IMG/VR virus record: IMGVR_UViG_3300042893_001849
Strand: one strand, 5' to 3'
From: a virus
Length of the DNA stretch: 64,000 nucleotides
Both the position numbers and the translations under genes were made by a program. The notes under the pieces were generated by a model. The model searched no databases and was not told the DNA's origin. It saw nothing but the letters and a program-made list of their open reading frames with translations. Shown here piece after piece: positions 38,436 to 48,607 of the stretch (its first letter is position 1; each line of letters begins with the position of its first letter).

Positions 38436-38800
38436 TGGACAAACCAAATTACATACAAAATTTAGAATTAAAAGATGGTATCTTTTCAGTTATGGTTTGC
38501 CATGAATTGAAAGGAGAATTCTTAAAATATTTGAGTGAAAAAAAACTATCGAGAGTTTATGAAAAGTCATCCATGAAAAACAATGGGGGTATAGTTTTTG
38601 AGGAAGTGATTTTCAAAAGCCAACAAAACTTTTATTTGTTTGTTGAAATACGAGTGATTCCACAAACAGACACAATTTCAAATTTAACTATTTATTATAA
38701 AACGGAACAATACAACGAATTGTATTTGTTCATATCACAATTATTAAAACAATATAAAAATGCAACAACTGACATCAGAGGAAATCAAACAAAAAATTAA
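38420..38800 (+). CDS. Hypothetical protein.
   Basis: 126 aa. Confidence 0.35.
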   Translation: MGSLLMDKPNYIQNLELKDGIFSVMVCHELKGEFLKYLSEKKLSRVYEKSSMKNNGGIVFEEVIFKSQQNFYLFVEIRVIPQTDTISNLTIYYKTEQYNELYLFISQLLKQYKNATTDIRGNQTKN

Positions 38801-39080
38801 TGAAGGGGAAAACTTCATACTGGATTTATTTGCGGTATGGTGTGGCCCGTGTAAGGTTATGTTAACTAATCTTGAAAGAGTAAATGAATCTTTAATTAAG
38901 GAATCTACAGGTTCACCAAAATATGGTGTATACAAATATGATGTTGAGTCTGACATGGAATTCTCAAGAGAGTTGGGTATCAGAAGTGTACCAACAATAA
39001 AAATATTCAAGGAAGGAAATGAAGTTTTCTCTCAAACGGGAGTAATGCAACCAGCTCAGGTTCTTTCTTTATTAAATTAA
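38760..39080 (+). CDS. trx: Thioredoxin.
   Basis: WCGPCK active site. Confidence 0.8.
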   Translation: MQQLTSEEIKQKINEGENFILDLFAVWCGPCKVMLTNLERVNESLIKESTGSPKYGVYKYDVESDMEFSRELGIRSVPTIKIFKEGNEVFSQTGVMQPAQVLSLLN

Positions 39081-39085
39081 ATAAA

Positions 39086-39385
39086 ATGAACGAGTTAAAT
39101 GTTATAGTTTATACAATGAAAGGATGTCCGTTTTGTACGGATTTTAAAGATATGTTGACCAAAGAAGGTATTGAATTTTTTGACAGAGATATCGACGAAT
39201 ATAAAAAAGAATATGATATGTTCAGTGAAATAACTAATAATGATATGATACCTGCGTTATTAGTTATTGAAGGTAATGGCAAAAAACATAAATCATTTTT
39301 ATATGCACCTGACAGAAACTATAATGAACTTACTGAGGCGGTTGATATTATAAAAAAACACAGAAAAAACGTAGGACTACTTTAA
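39086..39385 (+). CDS. Glutaredoxin/NrdH-like redoxin.
   Basis: CPFC active site in a thioredoxin-fold-length protein. Confidence 0.7.
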   Translation: MNELNVIVYTMKGCPFCTDFKDMLTKEGIEFFDRDIDEYKKEYDMFSEITNNDMIPALLVIEGNGKKHKSFLYAPDRNYNELTEAVDIIKKHRKNVGLL

Positions 39386-40137
39386 AATAGTATTAAATCT
39401 TTATTTTTCTTTTTAATAAAAGAATACTCTTCAAGTGGATTTGTGAGTTCAATACTCCAATCCACTTTTTTTATTTCAGTACTTAGCCAAGTCATATCAA
39501 AATCAAATACATCTAAAATCGCTGACCTAAGTCTGTCGTCATAACTGTTTGATGAATAATTAAAAACTGTAAAAATATTATCACCATCCTCATCTTTCAA
39601 TGCACTTAATTTAAATGTTAATGAATGGTATAGATATGATGATGGGACACTATAGAACAAGTGCTTACCGTAATAATATAAAAGTCTACCTTGAGCCAAT
39701 GAATATCCATGAGGGAATTCAGAAACAAATACTAATTCTTCATCAGTAATTTCATTAGGGGTGTGATTAAAACCATAAGAAGATTCATTCGAATTAAATA
39801 AATCAATTTGTGATTGAGTGTAAGAACAGTTGTCACTAAAATGATATGTGTGTTCCAATTCAAGTTGAACTCCCATTTTAGAACCATATTCAATGATATC
39901 AATTGTGTGACTTATTTTAACGTCACTAATAATATTTGAATATTTTTTTTCAAATTCTGAGGTTAAAGTGACTAAATCTAATATTTCGTTAGAAGTTGTT
40001 TTTCCTTTAATTACGTAAAAATTATTACAGTCTATAACTTTTATTATTGATTGTTCGGTTTGAGGTATTTTAGATAATATAAAATCTGCAAATAAATTTG
40101 TTGTGAAGATTCTACTGCCTGGTTTCTTTAAGTTCAT
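39382..40137 (-). CDS. Hypothetical protein.
   Basis: First gene of a five-gene minus-strand island. Confidence 0.4.
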   Translation of the reverse strand: MNLKKPGSRIFTTNLFADFILSKIPQTEQSIIKVIDCNNFYVIKGKTTSNEILDLVTLTSEFEKKYSNIISDVKISHTIDIIEYGSKMGVQLELEHTYHFSDNCSYTQSQIDLFNSNESSYGFNHTPNEITDEELVFVSEFPHGYSLAQGRLLYYYGKHLFYSVPSSYLYHSLTFKLSALKDEDGDNIFTVFNYSSNSYDDRLRSAILDVFDFDMTWLSTEIKKVDWSIELTNPLEEYSFIKKKNKDLILF

Positions 40138-40229
40138 TAATAAGCGTGATAATTATTTATTGTTGGATAAATAATAGTTATTTTTAGAAATAAAAAGAAT
40201 ATTTTATCAAAATAAAAAAAGAGTTAATT

Positions 40230-41081
40230 TTAGTTAACCCCTTTTTTATTTATAACATTTTCAATTTCTTCTTTTGTATTGTATAACATTGTTAGGAATC
40301 TCGGCCAAATTTCAGGGTTATATTTTTTGATTTGCTCAATGTAATGGATGTAATATGGTTCTTCTTTATTAGTTTTCATTAAATCAGTTGCTCCAGGATA
40401 ATCTAAAGTAATATTTCCAAGTAAGTTGGAAATCCTATTATCATTAACATTTTCATCATTTAATCTACTTAGAATATCTAAAGATAAATTAGATAGTTTT
40501 TCACCTTTGCCAAAATAATTTAATATGTTACTTAAAGATTTTAATAAGTGTTTTTTATTATCAAGATTTCTTAATCTATTCGACCTTTTTGTGAATTCAT
40601 TAACCAATCCTTCTAAGAATTCATTTGTAATTGCTCTGAACTCAATTTTGTGACCCCAATAATCTTTATCAGATTTTTCATTATATGTTGATTGGTATTT
40701 GTTGTTAAATTTTGTGGACTGAGCAGGGTCAGTGGCGTGTAACATTTCGTGATATATGGTTAAAAATAAATTTTTCTTTGAGCCATACATTTTTGGATTC
40801 AATTGCATTACTAAATCCATTGGGTCTCTTGAACCTTTTGGTCTTGAATCCAATTCACCAAAATGACGATATCTTGGGTTGATAAATATTTTAACTAAAG
40901 CATCGGTTCCATCAGAAGTTTTAAATTGAAAATAGTCTACTTGAGTTTTCTTATCATATTCTTTATTTCTATTCGCCCATAACTTATCAGTTAACACCAA
41001 TAACTTAGTATAAGTTTCTGGGTCAAACTTGAATCGTTTCTGTTCAGAAATAACTGAAGATAATATATTAATAAATTTCAT
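40230..41081 (-). CDS. Putative zinc metallopeptidase (HExxH).
   Basis: TIYHEMLHATDP. Confidence 0.4.
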   Translation of the reverse strand: MKFINILSSVISEQKRFKFDPETYTKLLVLTDKLWANRNKEYDKKTQVDYFQFKTSDGTDALVKIFINPRYRHFGELDSRPKGSRDPMDLVMQLNPKMYGSKKNLFLTIYHEMLHATDPAQSTKFNNKYQSTYNEKSDKDYWGHKIEFRAITNEFLEGLVNEFTKRSNRLRNLDNKKHLLKSLSNILNYFGKGEKLSNLSLDILSRLNDENVNDNRISNLLGNITLDYPGATDLMKTNKEEPYYIHYIEQIKKYNPEIWPRFLTMLYNTKEEIENVINKKGVN

Positions 41082-41872
41082 TAGTTATCTAAATCGGTAC
41101 TCCAATCGATGTTAATCTTTTTTGGTTTAATCTTCCCAGCATAAGAGTCAAAAACTGCTTTGAAAGGAAGTTGGGCTTGTTTAATATCTTTTATTCTTGT
41201 CATGTTGTCGCCAACACCTGTAGATAAATAGGCCTGAATCTCATCATCGACAACATTTTCACCATAACCCATTCCAGTTATTTTCTTTGCAACTGTATTT
41301 CTTAAAGATGGATTCATTCTTTCAATGTTGTTGAATTGTTTTCTTTTGTATATTGAAGATGAAAACCATAATCCGTGGGCAACCTCATGGAAAATAAGTG
41401 ATGGGTCTTCACCGTCACTTTGGTCAATACCAATTAGGTAATAGTCATCACCACCTATAATGTTTTTGATTGTATCCACAACACTAAACATTATTAAGTC
41501 ATAAAAGTTAAGGTCAGGAATTTTGGCGATACAAGATTCAATTGATGTACAAGGCATGTTATAACCTGCCCAATCTTCATGATAAGAGAAGTAATCCTTT
41601 TTGGTCTTTTCTTTATAGAATTTGGTGTAATCTTGCCACTTGAAACCTTTACCTCTGAATGAATCTGAATCTGATTCATAGAATTCTTGGTATCTCATGA
41701 ATACTCTGGCTCTTAACTTATCATCTTTAATAACAAGAGCAAATATCTTTGGATACATCTCAAATAATTCAATCTGACCTAAGATACTTTTAATGTTCTT
41801 TGGCGGAGTTTTGCGTGGGGTAAACCCTCTTTGCTCTTGAAGAACTTTTAATATGTTGTTAACTATGTTCAT
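41081..41872 (-). CDS. Putative zinc metallopeptidase (HExxH).
   Basis: LIFHEVAHGLW. Confidence 0.4.
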   Translation of the reverse strand: MNIVNNILKVLQEQRGFTPRKTPPKNIKSILGQIELFEMYPKIFALVIKDDKLRARVFMRYQEFYESDSDSFRGKGFKWQDYTKFYKEKTKKDYFSYHEDWAGYNMPCTSIESCIAKIPDLNFYDLIMFSVVDTIKNIIGGDDYYLIGIDQSDGEDPSLIFHEVAHGLWFSSSIYKRKQFNNIERMNPSLRNTVAKKITGMGYGENVVDDEIQAYLSTGVGDNMTRIKDIKQAQLPFKAVFDSYAGKIKPKKINIDWSTDLDN

Positions 41873-42906
41873 TAAAGATACTCTTGGAAATATGTATTTA
41901 TGTTTTTATCTACTTCACGATGGTCTGGATAATCAGGAGCTTGAACACTTAGACAATCCCTGTCTTCTTTCATTATTCCTATAAAGCTTCCATGATATTC
42001 TAAAGTACCTGAATTACCATAACCCTTATTATTAATTAGATATTCATTAATGTCTGACTCAAAGTTTATTATTGGGATTTTAAAGTATTGAATTTGAGTG
42101 TTCTTCTTGTATGGGTGGGATTTACTAACCCATTCACCATTACCTTCAAAATAAGTTCCTAATTCACTCCATATTGTATTGTAAACAGAACTTTCATATG
42201 CAGAATTATATGCAGAACTATGGATTGAATATAATTCACCTTTCAAATCACTCAGTTGGTCACTAAGTAATTCTTTCATAGTTTCCTCATCTTCAATAAT
42301 TCTTTTAACATTTTCAATATCCACTTCAACATATTCTGGATGACCTTGCTCCGATGCAATAAGTTGAAGTTCATCAGTATCCGCAGATATTTGTTGACCT
42401 TTTAACATATCAACAATATATTCACCAAGTTTTTTGTCGTTCTCAGGTGTTAATTCTTCAATAACATCTCTATAAACATCATCAGTCGTGTTATGGTAAG
42501 GTTCGTAAAAATCACCATCACCTGATAAAATATTTTCAATAGTATCTCTTGATAAGTCATATCTGTTTCCATCACAGAATAAGTTTGATAAATCACCTCT
42601 ATCAGAAATTTCTAAATAGGCTTTACCATTTTCAATAATAACATCAGTTAATAAACTTGGAACCCATTTGTAGTAGTTTTCTCTGTCGTTTTCATATAAC
42701 CAAAGAAGATATTCGTTTTGCCAAATTGAACCATCACTGGCGTTCTTAGGGTCAACTTCACCCATAAGACCTCTTTTCTTCAATACATTAAAAAATGTTT
42801 CATAGTCGTTAAAATACTTTTGAACGTCTAAGTCATTATTATTGAATTTTTCTACAATGTCATCCCAAGAATATTCCATAACATATAAATACAAAAAAAG
42901 GGGCAA
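41872..42906 (-). CDS. Hypothetical protein.
   Basis: 344 aa. Confidence 0.4.
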   Translation of the reverse strand: MPLFLYLYVMEYSWDDIVEKFNNNDLDVQKYFNDYETFFNVLKKRGLMGEVDPKNASDGSIWQNEYLLWLYENDRENYYKWVPSLLTDVIIENGKAYLEISDRGDLSNLFCDGNRYDLSRDTIENILSGDGDFYEPYHNTTDDVYRDVIEELTPENDKKLGEYIVDMLKGQQISADTDELQLIASEQGHPEYVEVDIENVKRIIEDEETMKELLSDQLSDLKGELYSIHSSAYNSAYESSVYNTIWSELGTYFEGNGEWVSKSHPYKKNTQIQYFKIPIINFESDINEYLINNKGYGNSGTLEYHGSFIGIMKEDRDCLSVQAPDYPDHREVDKNINTYFQEYL

Positions 42907-42943
42907 TTTTCATTGTCCCTTTAGTAATTTCATCAAGAATGGA

Positions 42944-43153
42944 TTACTTGGTTGTTTTATTAACGTTATAATACTTCTCAACTGTTTTTTTGATAGCTTG
43001 CTTAATGCTCTCAGCCTGTTGTTGTTTAACTACTTGTGCAGCTTGAACTTGTTGTTCATTCTGTGGCTGTGCTTGTGATTGGTTTTTACATCCGCATCCC
43101 ATATGATTATGTTTTTTTAATTGTTTATTATTATAAATAGTTCCTTGGAACAA
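42944..43153 (-). CDS. Small Gln-rich protein.
   Basis: Q-rich low-complexity, CGC motif. Confidence 0.3.
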   Translation of the reverse strand: MFQGTIYNNKQLKKHNHMGCGCKNQSQAQPQNEQQVQAAQVVKQQQAESIKQAIKKTVEKYYNVNKTTK

Positions 43154-43191
43154 TAATAGTATACGAAAGATATTTATTAAATAAAAGATTA

Positions 43192-44793
43192 ATGGATTTT
43201 TTAAAATTAATACAAGAAGGGAGAGTTGATGACTTTAAATCAAAGTATGGGCAGAAGTTTGTACCTAATATATTAAATGATATCACCTCAAAGATAAAAC
43301 CAAAATATCTTTTGTGGGTGGGTAAAGTTTTTGATACTATTAATTTTGAAGAGAATTTTCCGAATTTAGTTGATGCCATTAATAAATTTGATAAAATTTC
43401 TAATAATTTACCAAAAACAGATATAAATCAATATCAGAATTTAAGTGAACTTTTAGATGTTATTAACATATACGAAAATAGAAATAGAAGAGATGTTAAA
43501 CAAGTTGAAGGAGGGAATGTTGTTTTTGATGACGGAAGATTTTTTGTTGTTAATCCATTAGACCATAAGGCATCTTGTTATTATGGTAAAGGTACCAAGT
43601 GGTGTACCGCGGCAGAGACCGACACACATTTCAAAAAATATAATGAGGATGGTAAGTTATTTTATATAATAGATAGAAGTAAACCAACCACTGACCCGCA
43701 ATATAAAATTGCTTTACTTAGAAAGTTTGATGGTGATAAAATATATTATGATGCTAAAGATGAATATGTTAAAGTAGGATGGATTCATAATACAGAAAAA
43801 CTAAATGAAATATTATCTAAAATAGATTCATATCTTAGTACTGAATTTACAGAACAACTTAAAATTTATACGGATAAAGAGTTGGCTAAAAAAGAAAAAG
43901 ATAGACTTCAAAGACTAAGAGAACAACAAAGAGTTCAGGCGATGAGAAATGAAGCTCAAGAAAGAAGGGAAGAAGGAGAATGGACATTAGATGGAGATTG
44001 CCCTGACGAAGGATTAAAGGCTCATGCGTTATTAAATTATTTAGTAAGCAATCGAGAAGTATCTGCAATAACCAATGAAGATAAGATTAACATTCAAAGA
44101 ATTAAGGATGAGATTGAAAGATTAAATACAGAATATGATGAGAGTGAAGACCCAAGAGTAGATATTCTTGACAGAATTGAAGAACTTGAGGATGAATTGG
44201 ATGATTATTCAACAAGTTATATTGATGTTTATAATATTGTACCAAGTGGTAGTTTTTATCGTACAACTGAATTTGAGGTTATTGATAATCCCGATGTCGA
44301 AGGTAATAGATATGCTGTTGGTGATGATGATGAAATGAAAGAAAGTTGTGAAGAAGCAATTGAAAGTTTAATTGATGATATTGGGTATGAAGGTTTTAAT
44401 GCTGGTTTTGCAAGAGATTATTTAGATGAGGAGGCGATTGCAGATTACGCTGAAGATGTTTATGATACTGACGTAAGAGATAATCCCGAATCTTATTTTG
44501 ATGAAAGTGATAGAACGCTATCCAATGAACAAGAAGAAAAAATAGAAATTTTAAATAGAAGAATTGAATATAATACAGAAACTATTAAAAATTTAGAAGA
44601 ACAAATGGATGGGGAAAATGATGATTTAATTCAAGAGAAGATTGATGAGTTAAATGAACTTTCAGAAGAATATAGTAGTGATATTGAAGATATTGAGGGA
44701 GACCCTGAAGGAGATTTTCCTGAAGATATGATAGATGAAAAAGTTCAAGATTTAGTGAGTGATGTTAAGAATGACCCAGAGTCGTGTATTTAA
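43192..44793 (+). CDS. Protein with an N-terminal conserved domain (paralog of 34243..35565) and a long acidic C-terminal tail.
   Basis: SCYYGKGTKWCTAAETDTHF...LFYIIDRS aligns with 34243. The C-terminal approximately 250 aa are D/E-rich. Confidence 0.45.
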   Translation: MDFLKLIQEGRVDDFKSKYGQKFVPNILNDITSKIKPKYLLWVGKVFDTINFEENFPNLVDAINKFDKISNNLPKTDINQYQNLSELLDVINIYENRNRRDVKQVEGGNVVFDDGRFFVVNPLDHKASCYYGKGTKWCTAAETDTHFKKYNEDGKLFYIIDRSKPTTDPQYKIALLRKFDGDKIYYDAKDEYVKVGWIHNTEKLNEILSKIDSYLSTEFTEQLKIYTDKELAKKEKDRLQRLREQQRVQAMRNEAQERREEGEWTLDGDCPDEGLKAHALLNYLVSNREVSAITNEDKINIQRIKDEIERLNTEYDESEDPRVDILDRIEELEDELDDYSTSYIDVYNIVPSGSFYRTTEFEVIDNPDVEGNRYAVGDDDEMKESCEEAIESLIDDIGYEGFNAGFARDYLDEEAIADYAEDVYDTDVRDNPESYFDESDRTLSNEQEEKIEILNRRIEYNTETIKNLEEQMDGENDDLIQEKIDELNELSEEYSSDIEDIEGDPEGDFPEDMIDEKVQDLVSDVKNDPESCI

Positions 44794-44978
44794 GTCTTTG
44801 GATTAATCTTGTCTGACTATGTGGATAAAGATGCGTTTATTCAAGGAGTTATAGACGCTGATGGATATGGACATACCATCAATAGTTACGATGGGAACGC
44901 TGACGAAATATATATTAATGATACTTTATTTTATGTAATGAGAATTGATTAATAATTCATTAACTTTATAATTGATTT

Positions 44979-45761
44979 ATGGCTAGAAAGAAAAAAATAG
45001 AGTTTAAGCTTAATCCTGAATGGATGTTTAAAGAACCATTGGATTTTGAATATAACAAATATACACTGTTGGATTACTTACAAAAATGTGAGAAAGGTTT
45101 CGACAAGATGGAGGTATATCCTGATTTTGTTGAGATATCACTTCATTTGGCAAATCTACAATCAATAGTTAAAGAGAATACATTATTACTTACCAATAAA
45201 AAATTTGAATCGTGTGACGATGAAATATTGGTTAAAGAACTTATACCTAAAAAACCAAGGTTGTTATCTAAAGAAGAAGAAGATGAATTAGATAAAACAA
45301 TCAAGTTTTCTGGTAATAAATTATTTGACGCTTTTAATATGGCGAAAGCTATTTGGAATATAGCTTATGATAACACAGAGATTACTCTTAAGAAAAATAA
45401 AAGAGGTTTAGTTTCTGGTTCAGGTTATGTTTTTTATTATGAAAGAGGAACCGAAACATTATACGTTTGGGAATATCAAATTAAAAAAGGTAAAACAGAT
45501 AGAAGTAATAATAAAACTTATATTAATTTAATATATAACGGTCCCGTTGACGAACTTACGTTAACAAATATTCTTGATACTTTTTCAACATGGAATCAAA
45601 CTGATTTCTATAAAGAACTACCAGTCTTTGAGATGAAATGTTCTCAGAAATTACCAATGAATGAAACTATAGTACCTATAATGAAAAGAAAAATTATGGC
45701 GTATGTGTTTCAAATAGTTAATTTTGAAAAAATTAATAATAACTTTGACTCTGAAGACTAA
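44979..45761 (+). CDS. Hypothetical protein.
   Basis: 260 aa. Confidence 0.4.
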   Translation: MARKKKIEFKLNPEWMFKEPLDFEYNKYTLLDYLQKCEKGFDKMEVYPDFVEISLHLANLQSIVKENTLLLTNKKFESCDDEILVKELIPKKPRLLSKEEEDELDKTIKFSGNKLFDAFNMAKAIWNIAYDNTEITLKKNKRGLVSGSGYVFYYERGTETLYVWEYQIKKGKTDRSNNKTYINLIYNGPVDELTLTNILDTFSTWNQTDFYKELPVFEMKCSQKLPMNETIVPIMKRKIMAYVFQIVNFEKINNNFDSED

Positions 45762-46412
45762 GTTTATTATATTTGACTCATGGGTTTTAACAAACGATGG
45801 GTCGTACTCAATAGCTGTATCGACGCCCTTAAAGAGGGAAAACTAAAACAATACTACGGCAAGAGTGACATGCTTCATTTTGAAGATGACACAAGTGTGC
45901 TCATTCATGATTTGTATTGTCAAGGTAAATCGGATGAAGAAATCCTTATAATCATTAACCAATTAAACACGGAGGAAACAACCAATGAAGTGCATTAAAT
46001 TAATTAGACAATCTAAAGGTAGAGAGTTAGGAGAAATCATGCGTACTAGCGATTCAGACGCAGAATTAAGAGTAAAAGGCGGTAACTGGGGTTACGTACC
46101 AAAATCAGAGTGGAAAGACTATAACGGTAAAGTTAAAAAGACCGAACAAGTAACCGAACAAGTAACTGACCAAGAAGGTGGCCAAGTAAGGGCAAGAAGG
46201 GGGAAGAGAGCTAATGCGAATTAATTCATTTTTTATGTTGGCAGGTGTGTTATTTATGATATTAATTTCAATTATAATCACATCAAGAATTGATTCATAT
46301 AATAAACAAATGACTCATGATAAATTAGAATTTATTAAAGATAGTCTTGAGACAGAGTACTATAAAAAACAATTAAAGTCGTACCCATACGACCACAGTA
46401 AAATACCGACAG

Positions 46413-46643
46413 ATGACACAATCAAATGAGATGGTAAACCATCCAAATCACTATGGAGGTGAGGATAACACATACGAAGTAATAAAAGTATGTGAGGCTT
46501 GGGAATTAGATAAAGACGCTTACTTATTCAACGTAGTTAAGTATGTTGCAAGAGCAGGTAAGAAAGACCAAGCAAAAGAATTAGAAGACCTTAAGAAGGC
46601 ATCTTTCTATTTAAATCGTAAAATTAAAAACTTAGAGAAATGA
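46413..46643 (+). CDS. DUF3310-family phage protein.
   Basis: VNHPNHYGG...EVIKVCEAWELD...FNVVKYVARAGKK...EDLKKASFYL matches the DUF3310 pattern (HPSHY, W.L, IKYI.RAG.K, EDL.KA.WYL). Confidence 0.55.
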   Translation: MTQSNEMVNHPNHYGGEDNTYEVIKVCEAWELDKDAYLFNVVKYVARAGKKDQAKELEDLKKASFYLNRKIKNLEK

Positions 46644-47077
46644 TTTATTGGTTAACAGGACAACCTGGTGCGGGTAAAACAACTTTGGGAAATTGGCTCA
46701 TCGCAGCATTACAAGGAGAAGCAGTATTGGTTGACGGTGATGACATTAGAGAAATCTTTGAGAATAAAGATTACAGCGAACAAGGACGTAGAAAGAATAT
46801 TGAGTTAGCTCAAAATATTGCACACTTTCTAAATAATAAAAAAATGAACTCTGTTGTTTGTTTAGTGTCACCATACAGAGACCAAAGAGAAAACTTTAAA
46901 CAAAAAATGGGAAAAGATATTGTTGAGATTTATATTCACACCAGTGAAATTAGAGGGAGAGAATCATTTCACGTTGAGGGATACGAAAAACCGTTAGAAA
47001 ACTTTATTGATGTTGATACAACCAATAAAAAAGTTTATGATTCTCTTCAAGAAATCAGAGTCAAATTAAAAATATGA
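46640..47077 (+). CDS. P-loop kinase of the adenylylsulfate (APS) kinase family.
   Basis: IYWLTGQPGAGKTTLGNWL (Walker A), VDGDDIRE (the DGDNxR motif of APS kinases) and LVSPYRDQRE (SPYxxxR). Confidence 0.55.
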   Translation: MIYWLTGQPGAGKTTLGNWLIAALQGEAVLVDGDDIREIFENKDYSEQGRRKNIELAQNIAHFLNNKKMNSVVCLVSPYRDQRENFKQKMGKDIVEIYIHTSEIRGRESFHVEGYEKPLENFIDVDTTNKKVYDSLQEIRVKLKI

Positions 47078-47299
47078 TGAAGGTAAGCATCAGATATAAC
47101 ACTAAAGCAATATCTAACGAAGATTTACATTGGAGAGTAATCATTGATGGAGTTGAACATTTGGCGTCTAATGTTATTATTAATTGTATGAGTTATACGA
47201 CTAAAGATATAATAGAAGGAGTTGGGGAAAAATGGCACATAACCTGTCAACCTAAACAAGTTCAATGGATGGAAAAAGAATGTATATTAATTTAATATT

Positions 47300-47701
47300 A
47301 TGGAAAAGATACACATAGAGGGAGACCCTAAATTAAAAAATAATCCTGGTAAACAATTCTCAATGTTTATCGGAAGATGGCAACCGTGGCACGATGGACA
47401 CAGATGGTTAATAGACCAAAGACTTGAACAAGGTAAGAATGTTTTAATCTGTATTAGAGACATTGAACCTAATGAACAGAATCCATTCACAGCACAAGAG
47501 GTTCAAGAGAATATTACGGTTAAGTTATTAGATTTAATTCGTGAGGAAAGAGTTATTGTGATGGTAATACCTGATGTTGAGTCGGTAAACTTTGGAAGAG
47601 GAGTTGGTTATGATATCATAGAACATTTACCACCACAAGAAGTTAGTGAAATATCGGCAACTAAAATTAGGGAACAATTAAAACAAGAAGGTAAATTATA
47701 A
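47300..47701 (+). CDS. Cytidylyltransferase-superfamily nucleotidyltransferase (HxGH; NMNAT/TagD-like).
   Basis: FIGRWQPWHDGH (GxFxPxHxGH) and a C-terminal ISATKIRE (the ISxTxIR motif of TagD/NMNAT). Confidence 0.55.
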   Translation: MEKIHIEGDPKLKNNPGKQFSMFIGRWQPWHDGHRWLIDQRLEQGKNVLICIRDIEPNEQNPFTAQEVQENITVKLLDLIREERVIVMVIPDVESVNFGRGVGYDIIEHLPPQEVSEISATKIREQLKQEGKL

Positions 47702-48549
47702 TGTTAGAAACAAATAAAATAATCCAAGGAAATTGTGTTAACGTAATGGCGAATCTTCCTGAGTCATGTGTCGACTTGATAGTAACGTCACCACCATACA
47801 ATGTAGGAATTGATTATGATAGTTATGATGACAAACAATCAATGGAGGACTATTGGCAGTTTACAAAAGATTGGTTGTCTGAGTCTTACAGACTTCTTAA
47901 AGATGACGGAAGAATTGCGGTAAACATTCCATACGAAGTAAACGTACAAGATAGAGGTGGGAGAATATTGTTTATGTCTGAGTTTTATCAAATCATGAAA
48001 AATCTTGGATTTAAATTCTATGGACTTGTGGACCTTGACGAGAACTCACCACATAGAAGTAAGACTACCGCATGGGGTTCATGGATGAGCCCATCAAGTC
48101 CTTATATCTATAATCCAAAAGAATGTGTAATCTTGGCTTATAAGAAAGACCGTATTAAAAAAGTTAAGGGTGAACCACAATGGAAAGGAGAGTTGGTTGA
48201 TTTAGAACAAGAAGATGGTACAATCAAACAGAAGATGGTATACCAAGAAGAAGATAAGAAAGAGTTTATGAGTTTGGTATATGGTCAATGGGAATACTTT
48301 GCGGACACCAAACAACAAACTAAAGCCACTTTTTCAATGGATATTCCAATGAATGCAATTAAGATTCTTACATATAAAAATGATATTGTTCTTGACCCTT
48401 TTACAGGTAGTGGAACTAGTTTAGTCGCAGCCGAAGTTAGTGGAAGACGATGGTTAGGGATAGAGTTAAGTGAGAATTATACTAAAGTGGCTAAAGAAAG
48501 AGTTCAACACTTTATAGATAAGAATCGACAAATGGGATTAGGTTTATAA
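47701..48549 (+). CDS. DNA methyltransferase (N6-adenine or N4-cytosine; DPPY type).
   Basis: DLIVTSPPYN catalytic motif near the N-terminus and DPFTGSGTS SAM-binding motif near the C-terminus. Confidence 0.8.
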   Translation: MLETNKIIQGNCVNVMANLPESCVDLIVTSPPYNVGIDYDSYDDKQSMEDYWQFTKDWLSESYRLLKDDGRIAVNIPYEVNVQDRGGRILFMSEFYQIMKNLGFKFYGLVDLDENSPHRSKTTAWGSWMSPSSPYIYNPKECVILAYKKDRIKKVKGEPQWKGELVDLEQEDGTIKQKMVYQEEDKKEFMSLVYGQWEYFADTKQQTKATFSMDIPMNAIKILTYKNDIVLDPFTGSGTSLVAAEVSGRRWLGIELSENYTKVAKERVQHFIDKNRQMGLGL

Positions 48550-48551
48550 TA

Positions 48552-48577
48552 AAAGGGTCATACGACCCTTTTTTTAG
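48552..48577 (+). terminator. Rho-independent terminator.
   Basis: AAAGGGTCATACGACCCTTT hairpin followed by T6. Confidence 0.6.
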
Positions 48578-48607
48578 TTATATGGATATTTATAAATAAA
48601 AGTATAC

